Positions 7,765-15,542 of a DNA stretch of 16,206 nt are shown piece by piece. The stretch covers positions 1-16,206 of the forward strand of contig JBFMCE010000090.1 of assembly GCA_040754655.1 (NCBI GenBank). The letters are read 5' to 3'. Position 1 is the first letter of the stretch, and every line of letters starts with the position of its first letter. This DNA is from Bdellovibrionota bacterium (GTDB lineage: Bacteria; Bdellovibrionota; UBA1018; UBA923). The translations under genes and the position numbers were made by a program. A model generated the notes under the pieces. That model was not told the origin of the DNA, did not search any database, and was given only the letters and a program-made list of their open reading frames with translations.

Positions 7765-8250
7765 TGGTAAATATTCTGATGCGTCATCATAAAGATGAAT
7801 AATTTCAATTTAATGGGGAATCGTTCTGGAAACAGAATTGTGCTGCGCGTTTAGATATTTTTCATGTTGCTGCTTTGCATGATCTGTAAAAATAACAAAA
7901 TACTAAAAACTCTACTATCGAGTAAAAAGTAAATCGCGTGGCGTTATTTTCACGGTAAGTGAGTTCTTGTAAAGTACGGGCGCGCTTGTGCAATGGTGCC
8001 GTCTGCAATCATGTTGTTCGTTCTTGGTAGTGTGGCTCTTATTTGCGAGAGCCTGCAATTGTGCTTGCTTCCTTTTTCATCCGTAAAGGCTCCCATAAAA
8101 ACAACACAGTTGCGCGTAAAAGGACCGCGAAGATACAATCCCGTCTGTCCAAGCCTTAAACACTGTCTAGGCCCTAAGCAAGTTTTCTAGAAACAATTTG
8201 CCGGCCTAGAAGGAATGCTCAAAGTTTTCAATATCTTCCGACCTCAACAC

Positions 8251-8259
8251 TGTTAAGAT
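8251..8259 (+). promoter_or_regulatory. Candidate extended -10 promoter (TG-t-TAAGAT)
   Basis: TGn-TAAGAT lies about 30 nt upstream of ATG 8291; no good -35. Confidence 0.3.
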
Positions 8260-8290
8260 TTTCGGTCTTTTGATTGCATGTTCTTATTAT

Positions 8291-9448
8291 ATGATGCAAC
8301 GCATCCAGGGGAGCTATTGGGGGCTTTTCTTTGGCTTTTTGCCTCTACTGCCTTTTGTAGCAAAACTTATTTTAACTCCGAGCTCGATAGAGTTCCGCGC
8401 GGCAAACTCGTCAACCCAAGTGCTCGTTGATTCTCAGAGCAAAACGGCTAGTGAGCGCGCGGCGACTTTGCGTCTACAGCTTCTCATGGGGCTTGATTTG
8501 CTGGTCCGCGCAGAGCATGCCTTGCATCACCATTCCTACACTTTCACAAAATCGCTAGGGCGGGTGCCTGACGTCTTGGGTTCGATCACAAGTTACTATC
8601 GCACGGAAATTGTAAGGGCCACGCGTGATTCTTTCGTGGTAGTCGCCACTGGCGAAGGGCCACGGAGTTCAATCGTCGATACTTCGTCCGTGCTCGGCGA
8701 CAGGCTAGCTATCGATGAAAAATTCAACGTGCGCTCAAACTTTCAGCTGCCCGAGCCTTCAAGAGACTATTTGCACACGCTTGCGCAAACCGTGATGAAT
8801 CAGATCGCGAGAAATCAATTTCAAATCCCTGAAAAGGCGACTCTCAATCAGTGGGAAGGTGTCTTCAAGAATTATTTTCGCTATGAGGTTCGCTCCACTT
8901 CAAAAGGGGATCGCGCCGTTTCTGCCGTCGGGGTCCGTGCGCCAGTGAAAGACGACGTGGTTGAAGTAGAACCACATGCGAACCTGTTTCAATGGGTTTA
9001 TAAACACCGTAATAGCGTTGATGTGCAGCAAGAGGCTTTTGGGCGGCTCGAAAACCTGTTTTTTGCCGCCCGCATTTCTCATGACCACTTGGGGGGCCAC
9101 TGCACCAGCCTTGAAGAAGTTGTTCCTTATTGGAATAGCTTATTGACGCTCAAATCCGAGCACTCGCCGCTTGCGCTAGAAGAGTTTCGTCTCGACACTG
9201 ACTTTGGCTACCATGCAGAAATTGCCTATCAAGGCGAGGACGATGAAGAAGAGGCTGTTCGCTCTTGGACCGTCAATGGATATGGTCAGGTCTCAGAAAT
9301 CTCGCCTGTAGAGCGCATTGTCAGTCAATTTGAAAACGCGCGGCGCCGAGTTGCCTCGCATGGCGAAAATGAAATCGTGAAGAAAGAGAAGCACTCTGAG
9401 TCAAAGCACCGCCCGCTTCTGATCGATGCGGTTGAAAATGATCGATGA
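8291..9448 (+). CDS. Uncharacterised protein with an N-terminal membrane anchor and apparent tandem type IV pilin-like head modules
   Basis: Long ORF; start probably ATG 8291 or 8294 (the track uses TTG 8270). N-terminal hydrophobic stretch YWGLFFGFLPLLPFVAKLIL and an internal ungapped 20-aa repeat. The pilin-like assignment is my inference (see findings). Confidence 0.75.
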   Translation: MMQRIQGSYWGLFFGFLPLLPFVAKLILTPSSIEFRAANSSTQVLVDSQSKTASERAATLRLQLLMGLDLLVRAEHALHHHSYTFTKSLGRVPDVLGSITSYYRTEIVRATRDSFVVVATGEGPRSSIVDTSSVLGDRLAIDEKFNVRSNFQLPEPSRDYLHTLAQTVMNQIARNQFQIPEKATLNQWEGVFKNYFRYEVRSTSKGDRAVSAVGVRAPVKDDVVEVEPHANLFQWVYKHRNSVDVQQEAFGRLENLFFAARISHDHLGGHCTSLEEVVPYWNSLLTLKSEHSPLALEEFRLDTDFGYHAEIAYQGEDDEEEAVRSWTVNGYGQVSEISPVERIVSQFENARRRVASHGENEIVKKEKHSESKHRPLLIDAVENDR

Positions 9449-9475
9449 ATATATTTCGTATCGATGTTGAATTGT

Positions 9476-9504
9476 TTGACACCGGGGCGGGTTGTTTTTA
9501 AACT
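9476..9504 (+). promoter_or_regulatory. Sigma-70 promoter for the lytic transglycosylase
   Basis: TTGACA (9476-9481), 17-nt spacer, TAAACT (9499-9504); predicted TSS near 9511. Confidence 0.8.
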
Positions 9505-9629
9505 AGGTACAACTTCCCTTGGAATTCGCCAGGGGCAATTTGTTTAAGTAATCCAGGTGAGTTAGTATTTTGAGTCAGGATTTCAAACACATCACAAGCA
9601 GTCATACCCAAAGAACAGCGGGGAAAAAG

Positions 9630-11261
9630 ATGCGCTCCAGGGACGGACGTAAGCAAACGATTTCTTTCAGTGCGACAGCACTCCTTCTTATGAACCTCTC
9701 TGTGTGGATGGGGGGGTGCGCTTCAACCGGACCCCGTTCCGACGGTGGGGCCGTGGGCCAAGTAATTCGGGAATCCGATGAAACCGCGGCAAATGAAGTG
9801 GAAAAAGACCGAGAATCGCCGAAAATTGGTTCTTCTCGTTCTGCACAACCCACCGAGTACGTGGTTTGGGGGCAAAAGTTAAAGAATGCCGAGTTCGACT
9901 ATCCGGTGATCGTGAATAAGGCCGTCGAACATTGGATCGCTTACTTCACGGGCAAGGGGCGGACTTACTTTGACAAATACTTGCAGCGCAGTTTCTACTT
10001 CATCCCGACGATCTCGCGTGTTTTGAAAACGCACAACATGCCCCAAGACCTGGTGTACCTCGCGATGATCGAGAGCGGCTTTAATAATTCGGCCAAATCT
10101 CGCGCGCGCGCCGTGGGTCCATGGCAATTCATTCGCCAGACTGGCCAACGCTATGGGTTGCGGGTTGATTACTGGCTTGATGAAAGAAGAGACACTCGAA
10201 AGAGCACGCTTGCAGCGATCGCATACCTCAAAGAACTTTATGAAGAGTTCGGTTCTTGGGAGCTTGCAGCCGCAGGCTACAACGCTGGAGAGAATAAAGT
10301 TCGCCGCGCTATAGCAAAATACAAGACCCATGATTTCTGGGAAATTTCCAAGCACCGTTTCTTTAGAAGAGAGACGCGCGATTATGTTCCCAAGATCATG
10401 GCGGCAGCCATCATCAGCAAGAACCCCGAGCTTTTTGGTTTCGATGATCCTTTCAAGGGCAAGGGTTCACATTCGATTTCAAACACCATCGCGCTTGCGA
10501 GCGACAAGGGTGAACAAAAGACCGAGGTTGAAGAAGAGCCTACGCCGAAAGAATTGGGTGAACCTGTAGGAAAGGTCGAAGAAGAAACCACCGAAGACGT
10601 AGCGGAGCGGACTGAAGAGAAGACTGAGGAAGTTGCTGAAGATGAGGACCTCCAAGAAGACCACGCGATCGTTTCTCAGAGCCCGATCCCAACAATGACG
10701 CCGTCTGTTTATATGGTGGCCAATCCAAACGAGCAGATCATCGAATTTGAGATCAAAGGACCAGCGGATCTTTTCGCTATTTCAAAAGCGTCGGGATTGC
10801 CTTTTTCATCGATTAAAATGCTCAACCCAGAACTTCTCAGGTGGTGCACTCCTCCGGATATGAAGACCTATCGCGTGAAGTTGCCTCTTTCAGTGAAAGA
10901 GCGGTTTCTTGCGACTTATAACGACGACAGTTTTGATCGTCGGGTGGTGTTCATGCGTTACACGGTAAAGAGGGGAGATACTGTCGGGCGTTTGGCTCGC
11001 AAGTTTGGGGTCGAAGGCGGCCCTATCCGTCAGATCAATAGCATGGGACAACGTACGGAAGGCTTGAGGGCGGGTTCGCAAATCAGCCTTCCCATTCCGA
11101 CCGGGTACAAGAGAGTCATTGCCAGTATGTACGATGACAAGCCCGTCTATGGTTCAAAGAAAAAGCGCCGTCGCGTTCGAGGACGCCGCCAAAACCGTTC
11201 GAGCTCGGCCCAGCAATTTAGGCTAAAACCTAATGTTTCGGTCTCGCACGACCGCAGCTGA
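9630..11261 (+). CDS. mltD: MltD-type lytic murein transglycosylase (SLT + LysM), probable lipoprotein
   Basis: SLT motifs YLAMIESG (catalytic Glu), AVGPWQFI, DERRD, AAAGYNAGE and ETRDYVPKI. LysM-like IKMLNPELLR and YTVKRGDTVGRLARKFGV....IRQIN...LRAGSQISLP. Start re-called at ATG 9630 (GGGG SD), giving a signal peptide that ends MGG|C. Confidence 0.92.
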   Translation: MRSRDGRKQTISFSATALLLMNLSVWMGGCASTGPRSDGGAVGQVIRESDETAANEVEKDRESPKIGSSRSAQPTEYVVWGQKLKNAEFDYPVIVNKAVEHWIAYFTGKGRTYFDKYLQRSFYFIPTISRVLKTHNMPQDLVYLAMIESGFNNSAKSRARAVGPWQFIRQTGQRYGLRVDYWLDERRDTRKSTLAAIAYLKELYEEFGSWELAAAGYNAGENKVRRAIAKYKTHDFWEISKHRFFRRETRDYVPKIMAAAIISKNPELFGFDDPFKGKGSHSISNTIALASDKGEQKTEVEEEPTPKELGEPVGKVEEETTEDVAERTEEKTEEVAEDEDLQEDHAIVSQSPIPTMTPSVYMVANPNEQIIEFEIKGPADLFAISKASGLPFSSIKMLNPELLRWCTPPDMKTYRVKLPLSVKERFLATYNDDSFDRRVVFMRYTVKRGDTVGRLARKFGVEGGPIRQINSMGQRTEGLRAGSQISLPIPTGYKRVIASMYDDKPVYGSKKKRRRVRGRRQNRSSSAQQFRLKPNVSVSHDRS

Positions 11262-11274
11262 TCCGGGCTTTTTT
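11256..11274 (+). terminator. Weak candidate intrinsic terminator after mltD
   Basis: Short stem AGCT/GGCT followed by a T-run; the stem is weak. Confidence 0.25.
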
Positions 11275-11345
11275 AAGGGATGAGATTTCACCGGGATCTC
11301 ACGGATTACCCGTGGTATACCTCTTTTTGAGAGGTCATCCACAGC

Positions 11346-12539
11346 GTGCTGGTCGTACAGAAATACGGTGGGTCTTCGGTAGGAACCCCGGAAAAAATCA
11401 AACAAGCTGCGTCCCGCATCGCCACCCTTCACAAGACAGGAAAGAAGATCGTCGTCGTTGTCTCGGCCATGGGGGACACGACGGATGAGCTGGTTGAGCT
11501 CGCATCGAAGGTAAGTCCACGGCCCCATGAAAGAGAGCTCGATATGTTGCTTACAGCGGGTGAGCGCATTTCGGTGGCCCTCTTGTCGATGGCTTTGCGT
11601 GACCAGGGGCACGAAGCGATCTCGTTCACGGGATCTCAGGCCGGCATCATCACGGATGAAAGCCATACTCGGGCGCGCATCCTTGAAATCAGACCCGTGC
11701 GAGTGCAAGAAGAACTCGGACGTGGAAAGATCGTGCTTGTGGCAGGATTTCAAGGAGTCTCTCGAACAAAAGAAATCACCACCCTAGGGCGCGGAGGGTC
11801 AGACACCACCGCAGTTGCCTTGGGCGTGGCTCTTGGCGCCGATCAATGCGAAGTCTATACGGATGTGCCGGGAATATTTTCGGCAGACCCTCGCAAGCTT
11901 CCTGGGGCCAAGCGGTACTCTCAGCTTCCGCTGGATCTCGTGTTTGAAATGGGAGTGCGTGGAGCGCAGGTGATGCATCCGCGTTCAATCGAGATTGCGC
12001 GAGAACGAAGGTTTCCTCTCTATGTCGGGCTCGCCGATAGCGATGGCGTACAGAACAAGGAAAGGGATGGGACAATGATTATTCCTTCGAATTCGGCGAT
12101 AGAGCTGCCCCGAGTCGTAGCCGTCGCGGCTAAAACAGACTTGATGGAGTTGGCGTTTAAGCCAAGTGATGCGTCAAGGATCCTGAAAAAACTCAAAGAT
12201 TCAAATATTCTAGTCCACGACCTTGCCTTTGATTCCAGCACGGGCATTCGGTGTCTTTTAGATCCCAAAGAATCCTCATTCTTCCTGGATCAGCATAAGG
12301 AGAATCTGCAACCGGGTCCTATCGCTTTGGCTTCCCTGATCGGATTTCAAATGCAGACCCAACCAGGACTCGCGGAACAGGTGTTTCAACTTCTTTTGGG
12401 TCAGGGCTTGGCTCCAGCTCGTTTGACCTGTCATCCTCAATCGATTACAGTGTGGTTTTCGGGTGAGAATTCGAAAACAATGGTGACTCAGGCGGTCGAG
12501 CGATTGCACGACGCCTTGGTAATAGCTCCTTCACGATGA
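11346..12539 (+). CDS. lysC: Aspartate kinase
   Basis: Motifs [57 protein letters not shown] and [12 protein letters not shown]; diverged C-terminal ACT-like region; GTG start with GAGG SD. Confidence 0.97.
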   Translation: MLVVQKYGGSSVGTPEKIKQAASRIATLHKTGKKIVVVVSAMGDTTDELVELASKVSPRPHERELDMLLTAGERISVALLSMALRDQGHEAISFTGSQAGIITDESHTRARILEIRPVRVQEELGRGKIVLVAGFQGVSRTKEITTLGRGGSDTTAVALGVALGADQCEVYTDVPGIFSADPRKLPGAKRYSQLPLDLVFEMGVRGAQVMHPRSIEIARERRFPLYVGLADSDGVQNKERDGTMIIPSNSAIELPRVVAVAAKTDLMELAFKPSDASRILKKLKDSNILVHDLAFDSSTGIRCLLDPKESSFFLDQHKENLQPGPIALASLIGFQMQTQPGLAEQVFQLLLGQGLAPARLTCHPQSITVWFSGENSKTMVTQAVERLHDALVIAPSR

Positions 12540-12548
12540 GAGGAACTT

Positions 12549-13721
12549 ATGGAACTCGACTTGCACAATACGGAATGGGACTGCTGCGTCGTAGGCAATG
12601 GAGTGGCTGCGCTTTGGGTAGCCCATTGGATGTGGAGTTCAAAAAAAAGTGTCCTTTGGATCACCTCGGAAGAACCCTATGGGCCCGAGCGTGCGATGTT
12701 GCAGCACGGATGGGCGTGGGGAATAGATCGTTTGTCTGCTGATGCTTTGGTGCAGGAGCTTCAAGGTTTTGAAAACTCAATGGACTTAAGCCCTCTTGAG
12801 GTGGTTTACTTCGACGCTCGTTCTTCGAAGCGCTTTCGTCGTTTTGGTGAAGCAAAACAAGAGTGGGGCGCTCATGAGAAGGAGTACTTCAATAAGCTTG
12901 CTTCCCAGGTCGCAGGAGACTCAAACGAAAAACTCGACCTCTGGGCTTGGCATTCAAAGCTTTGCGCTTTTCATGAGACAGGAGCCTCGTCGGGGCCCAC
13001 AACGGTTGAGTTGTTCAAGGAACCTCGCTTCGTGCGCGTGCAAGGATGGCCTTTGATTGAGCTCAAGACTCAAGACAAGAAAATCACTTCCGCCGTCCTC
13101 TCGGGCTTCAAAGCCTCTCAACCCAAAGAGATTCGCGCAAGGCAGTTTTTCTTAAGTGATTTTGACGAGTATCTACCGGGGCTCATTAAGGATGCTGACG
13201 ACTCGCAAACATTGGCGACTGCTTTGAAGGGGCGAGCTTATCGGGCGGGTTTCGGGCTCAAGCTTTGGCATAAGGATCTTGAATCTTCATTGCAACAGAC
13301 GGCCGTTGTTCCTCTTCTTGTGAACCCGGCTGAAAAAGAAGGCGCGTCTCATGTGCTTGGAAGGTTCTTGCGCCAAGATTCGGAAAGTTTACAGAGCGTT
13401 TGGGTAGGGCTGCTCACGGACGAAGAAGTTGAAGACAATAATGAGATTTTAAAAAAGATCAAACAGACCAAACGCGCCGTGGAAAGAGCGATTCCCGGTT
13501 TTGTCGGGAGCATCACGCGAGAAGCAGTGACCTTTGAGCCTCGAATGCTTGCGACCGATCTCGTGAAAAATAGAAAAGACGCTGCTTTGGGAGCGGTTTT
13601 GCTCTCAGACCACAACGGTTCAGAGAGAACGGCCGAGTCGGTCGTGCGCGTGTTCCGCGGATCAGAAAACAGCGGCACTAAAACCAAGTCTAGAAGCAAG
13701 GACCCTGAAGTAGGAGTATAA
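12549..13721 (+). CDS. Uncharacterised FAD/NAD(P)-binding Rossmann-like protein (phytoene dehydrogenase/GDI-like superfamily, degenerate)
   Basis: N-terminal WDCCVVGNGVAALWVAHWM...VLWI (GxGxxA variant). C-terminal KKIKQTKRAVERAIPGFVGSI resembles the CrtI-type tail helix. Good SD (GAGGAA); tightly packed between lysC and aspS. Confidence 0.6.
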   Translation: MELDLHNTEWDCCVVGNGVAALWVAHWMWSSKKSVLWITSEEPYGPERAMLQHGWAWGIDRLSADALVQELQGFENSMDLSPLEVVYFDARSSKRFRRFGEAKQEWGAHEKEYFNKLASQVAGDSNEKLDLWAWHSKLCAFHETGASSGPTTVELFKEPRFVRVQGWPLIELKTQDKKITSAVLSGFKASQPKEIRARQFFLSDFDEYLPGLIKDADDSQTLATALKGRAYRAGFGLKLWHKDLESSLQQTAVVPLLVNPAEKEGASHVLGRFLRQDSESLQSVWVGLLTDEEVEDNNEILKKIKQTKRAVERAIPGFVGSITREAVTFEPRMLATDLVKNRKDAALGAVLLSDHNGSERTAESVVRVFRGSENSGTKTKSRSKDPEVGV

Positions 13722-13725
13722 GATC

Positions 13726-15537
13726 ATGAGAAGAGTACGAACGCACACCTGCGGTGAGTTGACCGCGAAGGCTGAAGGTCAGGCCGTCACTTTAATGGGA
13801 TGGGCGCACAAAAGACGCGACCACGGGGGAGTGGTGTTCGTTGACTTGCGAGATCGCTACGGCTTGACTCAGATCGTGGTGGATCCATCGTTTCCGGAAG
13901 CCCATCAAGAGGCTGAGAAGATTCGCAATGAGTTCGTCTTGCTTGCGAAGGGAAAAGTGCGCAGGCGCCCCGAAGGGATGACCAATGCGAAACTCCCGAC
14001 CGGTGAAATCGAAGTGTATATCGATCATCTTGAGATCTTGAGCGAAGCCAAGCCGCTTCCATTTCCCGTGGATGAGGGCAGCGATGTTTCTGAAACGCTT
14101 CGCTTGAAATACCGTTATCTCGATCTGAGAAGGCCTAATTTGCAGCGCAATATGATTGTTCGCCACAAGGCCGCAACCGTGGTGCGAAACTATCTCGATC
14201 AAAATGATTTTCTCGAAATTGAAACGCCGATTCTTTACAAGAGCACTCCGGAAGGCGCTAGGGACTTTATTGTCCCCAGCCGAGTGAATCCCGGAACGTT
14301 TTATGCGCTTCCTCAATCGCCGCAGACTCTCAAGCAGCTTCTGATGGTGAGTGGGTTTGACCGGTACTATCAAATCGCGCGTTGTTTCCGGGATGAGGAT
14401 TTGCGCGCTGACCGGCAACCTGAATTTTCTCAGATCGACATCGAAATGTCATTCGTAGATCAAGAAGTGATCTTCCCGATTTTCGAAGGGATGATGAAAG
14501 AGGTCTTTAAGAGCATCCTAGGGCTTGATATCGCTGCGCCGTTTGAGCGCATGGACTATGACGTGGCAATGCGTGACTACGGCGTCGACAAACCAGATAC
14601 TCGCTTTGGACTGAAGCTCGTGGAACTGAGTGACGTGTTCAAGGCCTCTGAGTTCAATGTCTTCAAACAAACATTGCAAGGCGGAGGGATGATCAAGGGA
14701 CTTCCGGTTCCGGGTGCTACCGAGTTGTTCTCACGCAAAGACATGGATGAGTACACGAAGTACGTGGCCACTTATGGCGCAAAAGGCTTGCTTTGGTTCA
14801 AGTGGGCGCAAGATGGCTCAGTCAGCGGGCCCGCCGTGAAGTTCTTGAAACCCGATGAGCTTGAGTCTCTCAAGTCAAAGGCTTCTCTTAAGGCCGGCGA
14901 TGTTCTCTTTGTTGTGGCAGACCAAGCTAAAGTGGCAAACGATGCTCTGGGCAGCTTGCGCCTCGTGGTCGGAGAGAAACTGGGCTTGATCGACAAGAAG
15001 AAATTCAACTTTCTATGGGTCACTTCATTTCCGCTTCTGCAATATGAGTCTTCCGACGGGCGTTGGTACGCCTGTCACCATCCTTTTACGGCACCCGTGC
15101 CAGAAGACGTCGAAAAGCTGATCCAAGGAAAAAACCTGGGTTCAATCAAGGCTGCGGCTTATGACCTCGTGCTCAACGGCGTCGAGGTCGCCGGAGGCAG
15201 CCTTAGGATTTACAATCAAAACGTCCAAGCTGCCATGTTCAGGGCGCTTGGCATCTCGGAAGAAGAAGCAAAAGCAAAGTTCGGCTTTTTCTTAGAAGGG
15301 TTGCAGTACGGCACCCCGCCTCATGGCGGGCTTGCTTTTGGCATGGATCGCCTGGTGATGATCTTGTGTGGCACGGATGCGATTCGCGAAGTGATGGCTT
15401 TTCCAAAGACCCAGAAAGGCCAATGCCTGATGAGCGAGAGCCCTTCAGTGGTGACGCCAGAGCAGTTGGCTGAGTTGCATATCGGTCTAAGGCTTCCAAA
15501 AAAATTAGCGGATGCGGCGGCCGCCACGAACAAGTGA
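13726..15537 (+). CDS. aspS: Aspartate--tRNA ligase, probably non-discriminating tRNA(Asp/Asn) type
   Basis: Motifs RTHTCGEL, RRDHGG, STPEGARDF, LPQSPQ, CFRDEDLRADRQPEFSQID, GAD insert, HHPFT and YGTPPHGGLAFGMDR; SD AGGAG. Confidence 0.98.
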   Translation: MRRVRTHTCGELTAKAEGQAVTLMGWAHKRRDHGGVVFVDLRDRYGLTQIVVDPSFPEAHQEAEKIRNEFVLLAKGKVRRRPEGMTNAKLPTGEIEVYIDHLEILSEAKPLPFPVDEGSDVSETLRLKYRYLDLRRPNLQRNMIVRHKAATVVRNYLDQNDFLEIETPILYKSTPEGARDFIVPSRVNPGTFYALPQSPQTLKQLLMVSGFDRYYQIARCFRDEDLRADRQPEFSQIDIEMSFVDQEVIFPIFEGMMKEVFKSILGLDIAAPFERMDYDVAMRDYGVDKPDTRFGLKLVELSDVFKASEFNVFKQTLQGGGMIKGLPVPGATELFSRKDMDEYTKYVATYGAKGLLWFKWAQDGSVSGPAVKFLKPDELESLKSKASLKAGDVLFVVADQAKVANDALGSLRLVVGEKLGLIDKKKFNFLWVTSFPLLQYESSDGRWYACHHPFTAPVPEDVEKLIQGKNLGSIKAAAYDLVLNGVEVAGGSLRIYNQNVQAAMFRALGISEEEAKAKFGFFLEGLQYGTPPHGGLAFGMDRLVMILCGTDAIREVMAFPKTQKGQCLMSESPSVVTPEQLAELHIGLRLPKKLADAAAATNK

Positions 15538-15542
15538 TCCAA

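Noticed and set aside
8218..8243. Sigma-28-like CAAAGTTT...TCCGA
   Set aside because: The spacing is 9 nt rather than about 11, and the -10 match is poor.
8215..8256. 13-codon ORF MLKVFNIFRPQHC after AGAAGGA
   Set aside because: The SD-like sequence abuts the ATG with no spacer, and there is no other support.
11262..11345. Lysine riboswitch or tRNA upstream of lysC
   Set aside because: The spacer is too short for an L-box. The cloverleaf lacks the T-loop TTCR, the D-loop GG and a 7-nt anticodon loop.
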